The position numbers were made by a program, and so were the translations under genes. A stretch of 54,926 nt of DNA from positions 1 through 54,926 of the forward strand of contig MQRK01231705.1 of assembly GCA_001938485.1 (NCBI GenBank), given 5' to 3'. A model generated the notes under the pieces. The model was not told where the DNA came from. It searched no databases and saw only the letters and a list, made by a program, of their open reading frames with translations. Position 1 is the first letter of the stretch. Each line of letters opens with the position of its first letter. Source of the stretch: Girardia tigrina (lineage: Eukaryota). Shown piece by piece: positions 1 to 11,656 of this stretch.

Positions 1-2
1 TC

Positions 3-170
3 AACAGCATGACAGTTACCAACGATATCGCAGAACGTGGTGTGTCACTGATTCAAGAATTCAACAAGCTGCACACTAACGATGAGGAGCAGAAGCAATA
101 TCTGTTGTTAGCTGTCAAGTGACATCGGCAGAAATATCCCGACAAAAAGAAGTCCACATTGAGTCAGTGA
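3..170 (+). pseudogene. C-terminal fragment of a DDE DNA-transposon transposase, running off the left edge
   Basis: Frame 3 reads NSMTVTNDIAERGVSLIQEFNKLHTNDEEQKQYLLLAVK*HRQKYP; the NDxAERG...DEEQKQ.LL...HR..YP pattern is typical of invertebrate transposase-derived proteins; one internal stop; hairpin GGCACAGAT-T-ATCTGTGCC near 393-411 in the putative subterminal region. Confidence 0.6.
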
Positions 171-826
171 TGCAAAATCATTAAAGATGACGTTCTTCTT
201 TCTTTTTCTAAAGTTTTCGTACATTTGTATTTAGGTCACCTTGTCATTGTTAATAAAGCAACTATTTCTTAGTATTTTTGTCTTAGGAATCGAAATGACC
301 ATGGTAAAACTAACTTTGCTTGGTGGTAGCGACCCCTAATAATTGATGAAAAAAGGTGAAATTTTCACATTCTTAAAATTATCAATTACAAAGGCACAGA
401 TTATCTGTGCCAAAAAATCGATTTTGTATATCAAGATTATACAACCGCCCATCTTTCAGCTGAAACCACCATCTTCTACAAAGTAAGCATTACAGTCTTG
501 TCCACCGATCTGTTTACTCTCAATGTGTAAAAGTCAGCGACAACAGATACTTTTCAAAAATTAAAATTTGAATTGCCTTTCAGAATGGAGATGAACTTCG
601 TAATTTTTTAGCTCAGGAGCTGATCTTATTTAGATTTAAAACCGTCTCCATTTTCTTTCTCTTAATGATGTCATCATATGAATTCTGATAAATAAGATTC
701 TAAAGGATGTGTTGTAGTCTCCCTATATCGCTTTTTCCTCCATTTTGCACTGTCTCACATTCTCAATTTATCAGGATTGGTGCATTAGCAGAATTTTTGC
801 TGCCATGGCGTTAATAGATAAGTACA

Positions 827-1065
827 GTAATGTTCCTCTTCCCCTCCAAAAACTCAACCTGTCAAAAATTTGGCTGTTCTTAGAAATTAAGGAATAAAAT
901 AAAGACGCCGGAAAGGCGACGAAATCGACCGAAAACCGTACAGGTCGTTATTAACCCCCCAAAATTCTGAATTTTTTTCAATTTCACATAGAAAGTTTCT
1001 ATCAGCCGTAAATTTCTGTTAACCACCATTTTTTTTTAAAAACTGGTGGGTAAGGGGAACTTTAC
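827..1065. mobile_element. MITE-like element with imperfect 22-bp terminal inverted repeats
   Basis: GTAATGTTCCTCTTCCCCTCCA (827-848) versus reverse complement of 1044-1065 GTAAAGTTCCCCTTACCCACCA, 18/22 identical; non-coding interior. Confidence 0.45.
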
Positions 1066-3036
1066 AATATTTTAAAAATTAACAAAAACTTTAAAATCTA
1101 GATGTTCCTCTTATAATACATATTTTTTATGATATGTAAAAAAATATTGTCTCCATTTTTTTACAGTAATTAAATTTTTTTGTAAATAAAATGCATAATT
1201 TTAAGAAAAATCTCGTTTTTTAATATCCCAATTTTAAAATATTTATATTTTATTTTAAGAAATATTTTAATCTAACACACTTAAACAACATAATAAAAAG
1301 TAGGGATAATAGATAAGCTTAGTAGTTATATTTTTTTACTGAACATAAAACCTATCTGTATTTTACTAATAATAATCTTTTTTTTAAATAATTATAGAAT
1401 AGGTAAAATTTGAATGTAATCTAATCAAATACGAGCTAGAGAGGGCGAATTTACTCTGACCCAGAATAGGATAATTTGTTTGAGACACAGACGACTAATA
1501 TATTGATATGATCTTGCTGCATCATTAGAACTGACTGAGCTCTAATTATGATACAGGTGAACATGAATGGATACCACAAGATACAAGAATCACTGGAACA
1601 GAAGAAGCAGGATAAATATTAATTAGATGTCTTAATAAGCCTCACACACTCTCAGATGCCAATTATATTTGATAAAAAGAAAATTAATTATTTATTTATC
1701 AGGTGAATGTTTAATGATGAAAAAGGTTGATGGTGGTGATTGTTTCATTTGCATTTTGAAAAAAAACATCATATTTTTACAACCGTAAAAAATTATTATT
1801 TTCTTTTTTTGTCTTTTTTTCTAATCTGCTTTATTAAAAAAATGAAAATTAAAAAAAATATTAAAATTGATTTCTGATTTTTGATTAATTTATTTCAATT
1901 ATTTAGATTTTTTTAATAAAAATTGTCGGATGTTAAAAGTAGATAAATGTATGATTGAAAATTATTTTTGAATTATATTTAATAGAAATTAGGAATTTTA
2001 GAATTATGAGGAGTAAATAAATTAATGAGGAAATTAAATAATTACGTAAAACATAAAAAACACATGAAGTTTATAATGCTACAATCCCATAATTTTCGAA
2101 ATAGTTAAACATGAAATATATTTTAGAAGAAAAAGCTTTTTTTATGTTACAAAAGTGACGAATTTATAATGAAATAGAGAATCTATTGCAGATAAGCAAC
2201 AAGATTTTTTGTCTTGAATATGATCATTTGAGACAAGATTCAACTGTAATGGAAAATAAGAGCGAGTGGATTTCTATCTTCCATTAACTAAATAAATTAA
2301 ATAACACAAAATAATCTGGAAAAATTTATTATTTAATTAGATCAACATAAGTTTATTTCAGGATGGTTGGCATTAGTGGTTTGAAATAAATAGATTGTTC
2401 TCTTTAGCTCCAAATCAGCAATAAGTACATTTCTGTACCAGTAAAAATGTATCAACTGATATCATCAACATGAGATTTGCTGAACAAATGTCGATTCCAT
2501 GTTTAGACTGCTACTAACCATTCAAGCAGTTTGGTGGAAATTCGTCGGCGACAGTGCCAAGTGTGACGAATTTCCAGTACCGACTAAACCAGAAAACCCG
2601 ATAAATGATTAGTGCTCCGGTTGGATGCGTCGCAGCTGTTATGGAAATCGATTTTTTTGTTTTCTACTTGCGACAAAATCCGCTGACATTGACTGGTACC
2701 GTATACCTACATACTAGTTTGGAACGGTAGGAATCTATTATTTCAACCTATGGTCGACGTATAGTGTTTGCATAACGGTACATATAATAACATACATAAA
2801 AATAACATTGCCGTACTATAAACAAAAATACTCCTTGTTACAGGAAATGAAAGACTGTTTAATTAAATCAAATTCTAGATAAAAGTTACACATAAAAATT
2901 CAAATTATCGGTATGACAGTTAAAAAAAATAATCATAATAAACCGTGTCTTATGATATTTGTGAGGTAGTCAATTGATGCATAGATGGACATGGCCCAAC
3001 TGCACGTTGTCACGGGATCTGACATGGAATTCTCTC

Positions 3037-3159
3037 TTTGAATTTGACAAATTCTGACAGATTGTGTCACGTTAAGCCAACCAATTTTATCCAATACGAC
3101 ACTAATGCGATCCGAATCTGAGGGTCTCCAACGTTGTATTTCGGATAAACAACACGTCG
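3037..3159 (-). pseudogene. MRPL23: N-terminal fragment resembling mitochondrial ribosomal protein L23
   Basis: Minus frame not in the ORF track: RRVVYPKYNVGDPQIRIALVSYWIKLVGLT*HNLSEFVKFK, matching the recalled metazoan mRpL23 N-terminus pattern R.V.YP.Y..G.PQ.R......W.KLV....P...V.F; one stop. Confidence 0.65.
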
Positions 3160-3160
3160 T

Positions 3161-3217
3161 TTTCAGCACATCGCCTTTACATTTCCTCGTGCAATGGAAA
3201 CAACTGATTTTATCCAT
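3161..3217 (-). pseudogene. Fragment resembling the start of the first LIM domain of actin-binding LIM protein (abLIM/UNC-115)
   Basis: MDKISCFHCTRKCKGDVLK inside ORF 2933..3256 fits the abLIM LIM1 start I.C..C...C.G[ED]VL[KR]; truncated before the H..CF half of the finger. Confidence 0.55.
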
Positions 3218-3318
3218 TAAAAAATTCGATTGGAAATGATTTCTGGCGATAGTCATTCTCTACTTGGATTGACTAAGACTTGGATTTAATTCCATTGATT
3301 TTTTTTTAAATCAATAAA

Positions 3319-3322
<4 letters not shown>

Positions 3323-3353
<31 letters not shown>
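3323..3353. repeat. (TA)n microsatellite
   Basis: Direct reading; further (TA)n tracts near 4116, 7159, 11418, 14122, 19258-19390, 35097 and 35472. Confidence 0.95.
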
Positions 3354-3357
<4 letters not shown>

Positions 3358-3362
3358 AAAAA

Positions 3363-3400
3363 GACGCGTTTCGAGATAATAAAAATCCCATCACCAGGTC
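3363..3400 (-). ncRNA. Degenerate minimal type I hammerhead ribozyme motif
   Basis: GAC CUGGUGA U GGGAU-UUUUAUU-AUCUC GAAA CGCGUC; A6>G in the core and the 3' strand of stem I is lost. Confidence 0.55.
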
Positions 3401-4036
3401 ACAAAATGTACCAAGCAGGTATACTATATGGAAACTTTCCGAAAATAGATTTTACCTTACAATGTATATATACTGACGTTAAAATCAATTATTTTTTGAA
3501 AAACTTTGGAAGAACGAAGGAATTCAAAACAAAATGTATTTTGTCGATGTGCGATTGTTTTGCATTGGTCAACTGTGTTATTATACTGAGTGTCACCAGT
3601 GTCAAACCTGGTACAGTTGAGAGAACACAACGTTCTCTCAGATTTCCATTTGGTCAGACATTTCAGTCAAATTGCATCGATGAGATTTCGGATTGTTTTA
3701 AGTTTAATGGGAAGGCTAAAATTGAGTTGATTGTAATGATTGTGAGAAGTTTCATCTCAAAGATTAGCTTTTGGTGTGCTGTTAGTTGTCATCTTTATCA
3801 TATGTCTCCGTTACCTTGTAAAGTATGGATTGATAGAGAAAACATATCGTTTTCTCAAATGGTAATTGATAGCTGCCAATGGTTGGTTTGCGAGAATGAG
3901 ATTGATTGCATTTAGTGCATTTTTCTTAATTTTAAGGAAAAGTGAAATAAAGTTATTTTCATCCAATAATTTATTGGATAAATTTTATTTATTTTCGGAA
4001 AGTTTCCATATAGTGTACCTGCTTGGTACATTTTGT

Positions 4037-4077
4037 GACCTGATGGTGGGATTTTTATTATCTCGAAACGCGTCGTC
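4037..4077 (+). ncRNA. Minimal type I hammerhead ribozyme motif (PLE-type, palindromic stem III)
   Basis: GAC CUGAUGG U GGGAU-UUUUAUU-AUCUC GAAA CGCGUC GUC; stem I GAC/GUC, ACGCGU palindrome, GUC cleavage triplet at 4072-4074; A9>G deviation. Confidence 0.7.
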
Positions 4078-5895
4078 TTGTTTTTATCCCTATTATATAG
4101 ATTTTACCTTACAATGTATATATATATATATATACATACATTTAATATATGTATATACCCAATATATGTATATATATATATATATATATACATATATACT
4201 AAAAAAATATATGCAATCACTACATCAACAATCTAAGGAAATTGTTGAGCGATTTCTTGAGTAAATATTTTAAATTCAGATTATCAACTTCCAAATAATA
4301 TAAGTAGTTCAAATATCTAGAAAATTTAGTTTTAATTTAATAGTAATTATTATTTTTTCAATGCTATCATTAAATAAAATCCTCTTGGTCTCGATCCGCC
4401 CGATCTCCGAGAACCGGACGGTGGTAGTAGCAGCGCGCAACGGAGATTAGAAAGGGAGTTCGAATTCATCGGTTTCCTGGGCCCATTTTGTTATGATTTT
4501 ATATTCACTCGATGAGATCATTTTATTGAGTATACAGATTTCAATTATTGTTAATCGAAATGTATTTTGACTTTGTTTTAACTCAAAAGAACGAAAATCA
4601 CAATAAGTAAAATATATTATTCAATTTCAAATTTTATTGAAAGAAACCTTTTTGTAAAGAAATCACTCGATTGCGATAATTTCGAAAATAAAATCGTCCA
4701 AAATTAGTTAAGATAAATTGCAAAATGTATACGCTCGTTTACAATTCTCTCAATCGAAATAATTCGTCAATAAATCGTTCAAAAATAGCTCAGTAAATCG
4801 TAATATTTCGATATCAGTGAAGGCAAATAAAAATATCAGTGATTGACATTAAAATTTTGTTCATTTGAATTGTCTTAAGGAGATTCTGGATGAAGGGTTC
4901 GAATTTAAATTGGAAGTATAAATAATGATAACACCACATACTAAAGTAATTTAAATTCCGAACAGTCTTTATATGCAAAGGAAAAGCCAAAAAAGAAGTT
5001 ATAGTCTTTTAAAAAGAAGTTATATTCTTTTATTTGGGTGGGCCTCTCAATTGAGAACTCCGGTAGTTTTTATTTTTTTAAGTAGTTTAATTTTAACTCG
5101 AAATTTTTAATATTTCATTACTGTATGTCATTTAAAAAATTAATTTAATTAATTAATATTTTTAATAGAAAATATTTATTATTTTTAATTTAAACCAAAT
5201 ATATTTTCATAAGTAAATGTAGTAATTATTAATATTTTTTATGTTTCTTTCAAATTAAGATGCTTAGTTTTGAAGGCACAATTTCTAATTCGGTTAATGA
5301 AAATTATAAATGTATTATTTAAAAAATATGAAAATATAAAATGTTTTTACTAAAAAATAAAGTATTTATTATGAAAAGTGATTTTTCTTAGAAAATAATA
5401 TTATTTCACCCAGTCAGGATATTAATTGCACATTAACATTCATACATGCTCAACTGGGGATATCACCCTCCAAAGGGAAAAAATTTCGCTGTCGGGTGAG
5501 TGATGATCATATGTTAAATACAAAGAAAAATTTTAAATAAATAAATAATATTCTTAGTTATAACTTGATAGGGATTGAAAACACGGCAAGGAGCACTAAT
5601 TCTAGAAGACAGAGAAAAAGTAGGATAAATGAAGAATTAAAGGAGATTTTAATTTTCAGTAAACAGATTAAAAATACTCTCCTCTACCAAACATAGTGGT
5701 CAAGAATATCAATAATTATAAAATTAATGTTAAATTCATATCCGTTTAAACAGTTGCGGTTCTTCCTCATTCAATCTGAAAGCGTACCCCTAAATTTGGA
5801 AATTAAAGATTGATAAATTTTCTTACGAACATTTATAATTAACAATGTTACAATAATTTTCAGAATTATGTATATATATTTTAAATAATTTTTAA

Positions 5896-6610
5896 CACTA
5901 TTCATACCGACACTTCACGTATACCTATTCCTACCGCGGCCTGTCAAATGACTGGTCTTTCACAACTTATATTTTTCAATATTGAATGCAGACCAATAGC
6001 CAGCTTACCAGTATAAAAATATATTTTCTTTTATTCAATAGTACATAAACTACATTTTATTCTTTTTCGTCGCGCTTTTTACAAATGGGTTTCTCAACTG
6101 TACATTTTCCGCATACGTATATTTTACATTTTATACAGATTTTATTCGCCATATTATCTTTACAATACCTTATCTGACATGTTTTCCGTTCACGGGAACC
6201 AGTACTTGTACTGGCGATGGGTATTGGTTGACTTTCTTTGCCTATCTCTTGTTGGTATTCGATTCCAAGTTCTTCTGACAATTGGAATAGAAATTCCTGT
6301 CTTGTAAATTCTCCTCCCGTAATTTCTTTATATAACACACATGCATTTATTCCAGCTAAATCCAAGATATTAAAAAAAATGCAAAGGTCATCTCCGTGAT
6401 TTAGATTTTACCGAATAATTTCTGGCCATTTGTTCAGTCACATCTACGCCAAATTTTGTTCTATAATACAGCTGAATTGTCTCCGATGTTCGGGTGTCAT
6501 TTTCTTCAACTTGTACGGAATTGCGCATTGAAATGAGAATCAGAACTTTCTTTTTTGGTTTGGCTTTGTAAACTGTCAACATATAATTATTTCAGCGATA
6601 GAGTTTGGTT
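5896..6610 (-). mobile_element. piggyBac transposon 3' remnant (transposase C-terminus and terminus)
   Basis: ORF 6388..6582 has YYRTKFGVDVTEQM (YNxTKxGVDxxDQ motif); ORF 6057..6365 has the Cys-rich domain CQIRYC...CIKCKIYVCGKC; TTAA at 5892-5895 precedes the terminus CACTATTCATACCG. Confidence 0.85.
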
Positions 6611-7029
6611 GACTGTTGCAAGACTCTACTGATTTGAATTCATGAAAAGACGTCTATATATTTCCTTCAGTTATAAGTTCATTTCTTTTCCGTCATAGTA
6701 GATAATATTGCGTGAGAAAATTCGAGGAAGTGGACCGTATCAGATCAATCAAGCAAATAAACACCTCTAACCCGATAGTCGAGCGAGAACTGCAAACACT
6801 TGGAAGTGCCGTAAACCATTTTCTGGAATGCACTTATAGGATAAAATCATGCCACAACTACATTTCCTTTCGTTTGTAACGAATTTGTAGTTTTGGCATT
6901 GAGTCTTAGAGAAAAACTTTACAAAAATGTATAATAAAAAATTTTTATTATTTTTTATTTAATTATTCAAGATATTTTTGGATAATAATGTAAATTTTAA
7001 AATTTAATAAAAATAAATTTAATTAAATA

Positions 7030-7157
7030 AAAATATTTAAAACAGCATTACGTTGTCCACTTTGAATGTTAATTAAAGGGTTGTGTTGTCGTATCAAAAA
7101 GGATTTACAGAACTGCCGCTCGTTATAAAGCTAATATAAAAAAGTAATATTAAAAAA

Positions 7158-7160
<3 letters not shown>
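7030..7160. repeat. Dispersed ~130-bp repeat, copy 1, ending in a (TA)n tract
   Basis: AATATTTAAAACAGC.TTACGTTGTC...CTGCCGCTCGTTATAAAGCTAATATAAA..GTAATATTAAAAAAG(TA)n; near-identical to 13996-14121. Confidence 0.85.
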
Positions 7161-7202
<42 letters not shown>

Positions 7203-8187
7203 TAATAAATCAAAGTTTTTTATTTTTTATTATTTATTAAAAGTGAAAAATATTTATTTTATTGTGTTTTATGTAAACCCTCAAGGTTCCACAAATCATG
7301 AACACCAAATATCAGAATAAAAATATTTTTCATAGCCAAAGACATTTCTTCAAGTATATAACTTTAAGCAAATTTTTACAAACGTTTTAATGTTTTTTTG
7401 TTGTCTGAAAACACTTGAAAGAAATATAAGTGTTGTTTCAGAGTGATTATTTTTCATATAAAAAGGATATTTTTTGTAGCTCATTTAATAGCGTTTATTT
7501 ACAGTCAATTACTTTTTATTTAATTCTTGCACTGTTAAAGACAAATTAAATAGGGAATTATTTTCGTTGAGAGTTATTGTTATAAAAAATATTGGATTAA
7601 GTTTCAGATAATGTGGAAATTTTAACAAAATGAAAAATAATTTTTGGCAAAGTATTACAAATCTTGACTAGCAATAGTGAAGAAAAATTTCGATTATCAT
7701 TTTTTAAAGTTATTTTATTTATAAATTTTTATATAATTTTGTTCTTTACGTAAGTTTGAAAATTAAAGCTAATGACTTTTATAAAAAGAAGACATTTCGT
7801 CTTGGATTCCCTCATAAGTTACGAGAAATGTGGATATAAGGAGTTAGTTAAAATCTTCACTTCATCAATTATCTTCACCTTTTTTTAATTCCAACGTGTT
7901 AAAAAATTAAATAAATACAAAAAGTTTTAAAATTTAAAAAGTTGAAAATGATTTCTAAATTATAAACAAACAAAAATTAAAAAATTATATAAAACTTAAA
8001 ATTTTTACATAAATAACAATATATATATTTTAATTGGAAAGTAATTAATAAAAATTTAAAAATAAATATTATAAATCAAATAATAAACAGATTAAAATTT
8101 ATAATATGTTTAAGAAATAATTTTTTAATAAAATACTCATTTTAAATTAAAATTTAAGAGTTTTAAGATAAATACTTTTAAAAAATT

Positions 8188-8285
8188 GGTTGAGATTGCC
8201 GCTTGAACATTTATTTTAGGATTGTGGGTCCTGATTAATAAAGCTTCACACGCAACTTTCTCCCAATAATTTGCAAAATCTGAAC
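8188..8285 (-). mobile_element. Penelope-like element C-terminal fragment
   Basis: DFANYWEKVACEALLIRTHNPKINVQAAIST, homologous to HFDSYW*RMSCEALLIRSRCPKINVQSAVST near 16890-16982. Confidence 0.7.
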
Positions 8286-9247
8286 ACTGTTTATTCAAAA
8301 AGCGATTACACAACTTTAGTACATAATTTTTGCTGCCATATATATTGTTTTGATCATTTTAAGATAAAAATTGTAAATATAATTTAAAAATAAAGTTAAA
8401 AATAATTTAAAACAATAATTTAAACAATTAAGTTCAATTTTACAAATTATATTGAAATAAAAATTGAATAAATGGATTATAGCAAACAAATAACGAAAAA
8501 TTTGTTAATATACGTGTATTATTTTTATTAATAAGTTTTTGAGTTGAATATGAATTTTGATCTTGCTGATAATGAAATTTGTATAAACTTGACTAACATG
8601 GATGATGTATTTTCAATAAAATTACTACAAATTAGGTCTGTTGAATTTTATATGAGTTTTTTTTAGTTCTTTTGGAGCTTATTTATTTATTAATAATTGG
8701 CATTCATTAGCATTCCAAAATAGCAAATCTAATGGTAAACATATCAAAATTAATCAAATCCTAAATGCAATCGTTAAAATGAAATTAAAATCGAAAAAAA
8801 CCCGATGCGAAGAAAACAAATTAAAAAAAAGAAAAAAAGCAAAAATTTTAGCCAAGTCAACAAACATTTTTATGAAGAATACAAAAAATCAAATAGACAG
8901 AATATCATGACGAAAATTTTGCACTGCGAACAATATCACTTTTATTTGTGATTTATTTGTAAATAAATCTTCACTGTTGAAATTTGTCTTCTATTTTAAT
9001 ACCGAAACATTATTGTATCTAATATTATCTGATTCGTCCGGCAATCCACTTAGTGTTATTTTCCACAATTAGAAATTTTCTCGATCCTAAAACAGATGGA
9101 CCTTTACCGGTTTGTAATAAATCTTTCAGACAATTTAGGAAACCCCGATTTTAAAAGACCGACGCAGAAATCAACCGACCGGAACCAATACATACCCTCA
9201 AAAATTATATCCACGTGATAAAAATTATTTATAGAAATCAGTATATA

Positions 9248-10636
9248 CAGGGTGGGCCAAAAGTAGGGCTACAGTTAACACCTAAACATTTTATCTTTAT
9301 TAGAAATTTAGACATTTATTTACATACATTATATTTACATAATAAACATTTTGCATTGAACATTTAATCTCTCAAGTGCTCAAAATGTCCACCTTCAACC
9401 TTGCAACAATCTCTATATCTGTCCAAAACACTCTGACACACAGTACGACACAAATTCCGATCTCCATCAATTTCAGTGAATGCATCTGAAATGTAATCTT
9501 TCAATTCATTCACTGTGTGGGGTTCCTCTCATAAACCTTGTTCTTGACTACACCCCAAAAAAAGAAATTCATTGGTGTCATGTCAGGTGAACGTGGTGGC
9601 TATTCAATTCAGGCCCGCCTTCCAAACCAATGCTGCGGAAAGACTTGATGAAGATACTCTCTTACAGTCTTCGCATAATGTGGAGGTACTCCATCTTGCT
9701 GGAAGTACAGTTCATCAAAGTTAGCTTTGGTTCTGAGTTGTGGTACTACCACGTCACGTAGCATTTCCAAATAATTGTCTCCAGTAACAGTTCCATCAAA
9801 GAACACGGGCCCGATAACACCTTCACTGGANNNNNNNNNNNNNNNNNNNNNNNNNNNNNNNNNNNNNNNNNNNNNNNNNNNNNNNNNNNNNNNNNNNNNN
9901 NNNNNNNNNNNNNNNNNNNNNNNNNNNNNNNNNNNNNNNNNNNNNNNNNNNNNNNNNNNNNNNNNNNNNNNNNNNNNNNNNNNNNNNNNNNNNNNNNNNN
10001 NNNNNNNNNNNNNNNNNNNNNNNNNNNNNNNNNNNNNNNNNNNNNNNNNNNNNNNNNNNNNNNNNNNNNNNNNNNNNNNNNNNNNNNNNNNNNNNNNNNN
10101 NNNNNNNNNNNNNNNNNNNNNNNNNNNNNNNNNNNNNNNNNNNNNNNNNNNNNNNNNNNNNNNNNNNNNNNNNNNNNNNNNNNNNNNNNNNNNNNNNNNN
10201 NNNNNNNNNNNNNNNNNNNNNNNNNNNNNNNNNNNNNNNNNNNNNNNNNNNNNNNNNNNNNNNNNNNNNNNNNNNNNNNNNNNNNNNNNNNNNNNNNNNN
10301 NNNNNNNNNNNNNNNNNNNNNNNNNNNNNNNNNNNNNNNNNNNNNNNNNNNNNNNNNNNNNNNNNNNNNNNNNNNNNNNNNNNNNNNNNNNNNNNNNNNN
10401 NNNNNNNNNNNNNNNNNNNNNNNNNNNNNNNNNNNNNNNNNNNNNNNNNNNNNNNNNNNNNNNNNNNNNNNNNNNNNNNNNNNNNNNNNNNNNNNNNNNN
10501 NNNNNNNNNNNNNNNNNNNNNNNNNTGTAACATAGAATAAGAGTTCAGTAATATTTTCTATAATTTATATCTAAACGTGATTGTGAAGGCGAAACAGATA
10601 ATGAAGCAACTGTAACCCTACTTTTGGCCCACCCTG
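9248..10636 (-). mobile_element. Tc1/mariner DD41D (rosa-type) transposon, defective, interior in a gap
   Basis: TIRs CAGGGTGGGCCAAAAGTAGGG.TACAGTT at both ends, TA flanks; QQDGVPPH...PPRSPDMTPMNFFFWG with 41 residues between the 2nd D and the 3rd catalytic position (D>N here); two stops. Confidence 0.85.
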
Positions 10637-10995
10637 TATATTTGTATTTTGTTGTATGTTTAACTTCGATTAAAACATTGTGAGAGGTACTTGACTTGCC
10701 AAGCAGACTCTGAAGTTACATTTTGGTCTTAGATGTTTTAAAAATTTGATTTTGTTCCGCCCGACACTCAGGTTGCCCAGAGAATCGGACGGAGGTAACA
10801 GAGTTGCGCAGGAAACCTTTCTCGATGTGCTGGGTCCATTTTAATTGGATCCGACTAATGGGATTATTCATATTGGGATTCTCCAATCTCATAGAAATGG
10901 CAATTAATGATCCTTTGATATTGGCCAATCGATTGATCATTTAGTGAGGAAGCGCAAATGAAATATCGAAATCTTGACACAAAAATGTCTCGTAT

Positions 10996-11100
10996 TTGCA
11001 AGAGTAGCAGACACAGTTGTTCGAGGGCTGACTATTGCATTTCTTCAGCACTACCTCGAAGCCGATTTAATAACAAATAAGGCAACTCGACTTCCTCCAT
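10996..11100 (-). pseudogene. HECTD1: N-terminal fragment resembling E3 ubiquitin ligase HECTD1
   Basis: ATG-led MEEVELPYLLLNRLRGSAEEMQ*SALEQLCLLLLQ versus recalled HECTD1 start M.DVD...LL.WL..G...ERDMQLIALEQLCMLLL; TAG at the Leu position; truncated after 35 codons. Confidence 0.6.
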
Positions 11101-11414
11101 TAATATTTCTTGTTAATATCAATTTGTCGAAATCGAATTCTCCAAAAGAAAAAATAAGGCAAATGATTCGATTTTATTTTCAAATTTTCATCTTTAATCT
11201 CATTTAATCTAATAAAACAAATTCATCTTTTTCACATAATCCAATTAATTTCTTAATAAAAAAATTATTTTAATAAAAATAGTTTTTTTCCAATCTTTTC
11301 ACATAAAGCCACAAATTCATTTTTAAATAAAAACACAATAAGAATCACACAAAAAAAGTTTTGTTTTTCTAGTTTTTTAAATGCAAATGAGGAAAGCGCA
11401 GGATCCATTCAATA

Positions 11415-11450
<36 letters not shown>

Positions 11451-11656
11451 TAATTAATTTGTAATAACAATAAATAAAGATAGTTGAATCCCGAACAGAT
11501 TTCATTTTTGAATTAGCAAGTTCAATAGATGAAGTATAAAACAACAAAAGATGCGTTTTGCAAGGTTTTTAAGGAATATGATAGCCGATCAAATATTTAT
11601 ATTACTAGGCAGTAAAAATAAGTTTGTTCATAGTAATTTATGGTTTAGAAACATTA

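Larger units (their letters stand above)
3354..4122. mobile_element. Non-autonomous Penelope-like-derived element with ~95-bp inverted repeats, each carrying a hammerhead motif
   Basis: 3354-3448 is the reverse complement of about 3990-4085; a 26-bp direct repeat ATAGATTTTACCTTACAATGTATATA at about 3445 and 4097; flanked by (TA)n; interior is a stop-interrupted minus-strand frame with no recognisable RT motif. Confidence 0.6.

Noticed and set aside
2536-2576. Hairpin GGAAATTCGTC...GACGAATTTCC
   Set aside because: Single 11-bp stem with no ribozyme, terminator or TIR context
2933-3256. 107-aa ORF as a genuine gene
   Set aside because: Only 19 codons resemble a known protein; the next part is better explained in another frame, so the ORF appears to be a by-product of fragment fusion
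3406-4264. Plus-strand ORFs of 169 and 132 aa
   Set aside because: They run through inverted repeats and (TA)n, with no recognisable motifs
4415-4470. tRNA or tRNA-SINE head (GGAGTTCGAAT B-box-like)
   Set aside because: No cloverleaf can be built and the A box is poor; the minus-strand coding-fragment reading fits as well
9775-10533. Long ORFs 9775..10530 and 9823..10533
   Set aside because: Artefacts of the N gap (poly-X); the same applies to the X-rich ORFs at 29396-30936
11030-11036. In-frame TAG stops as evidence for an alternative genetic code
   Set aside because: Stops fall at Leu/Trp positions one substitution away (TTG/TGG) and co-occur with frameshifts, so ordinary pseudogene decay explains them
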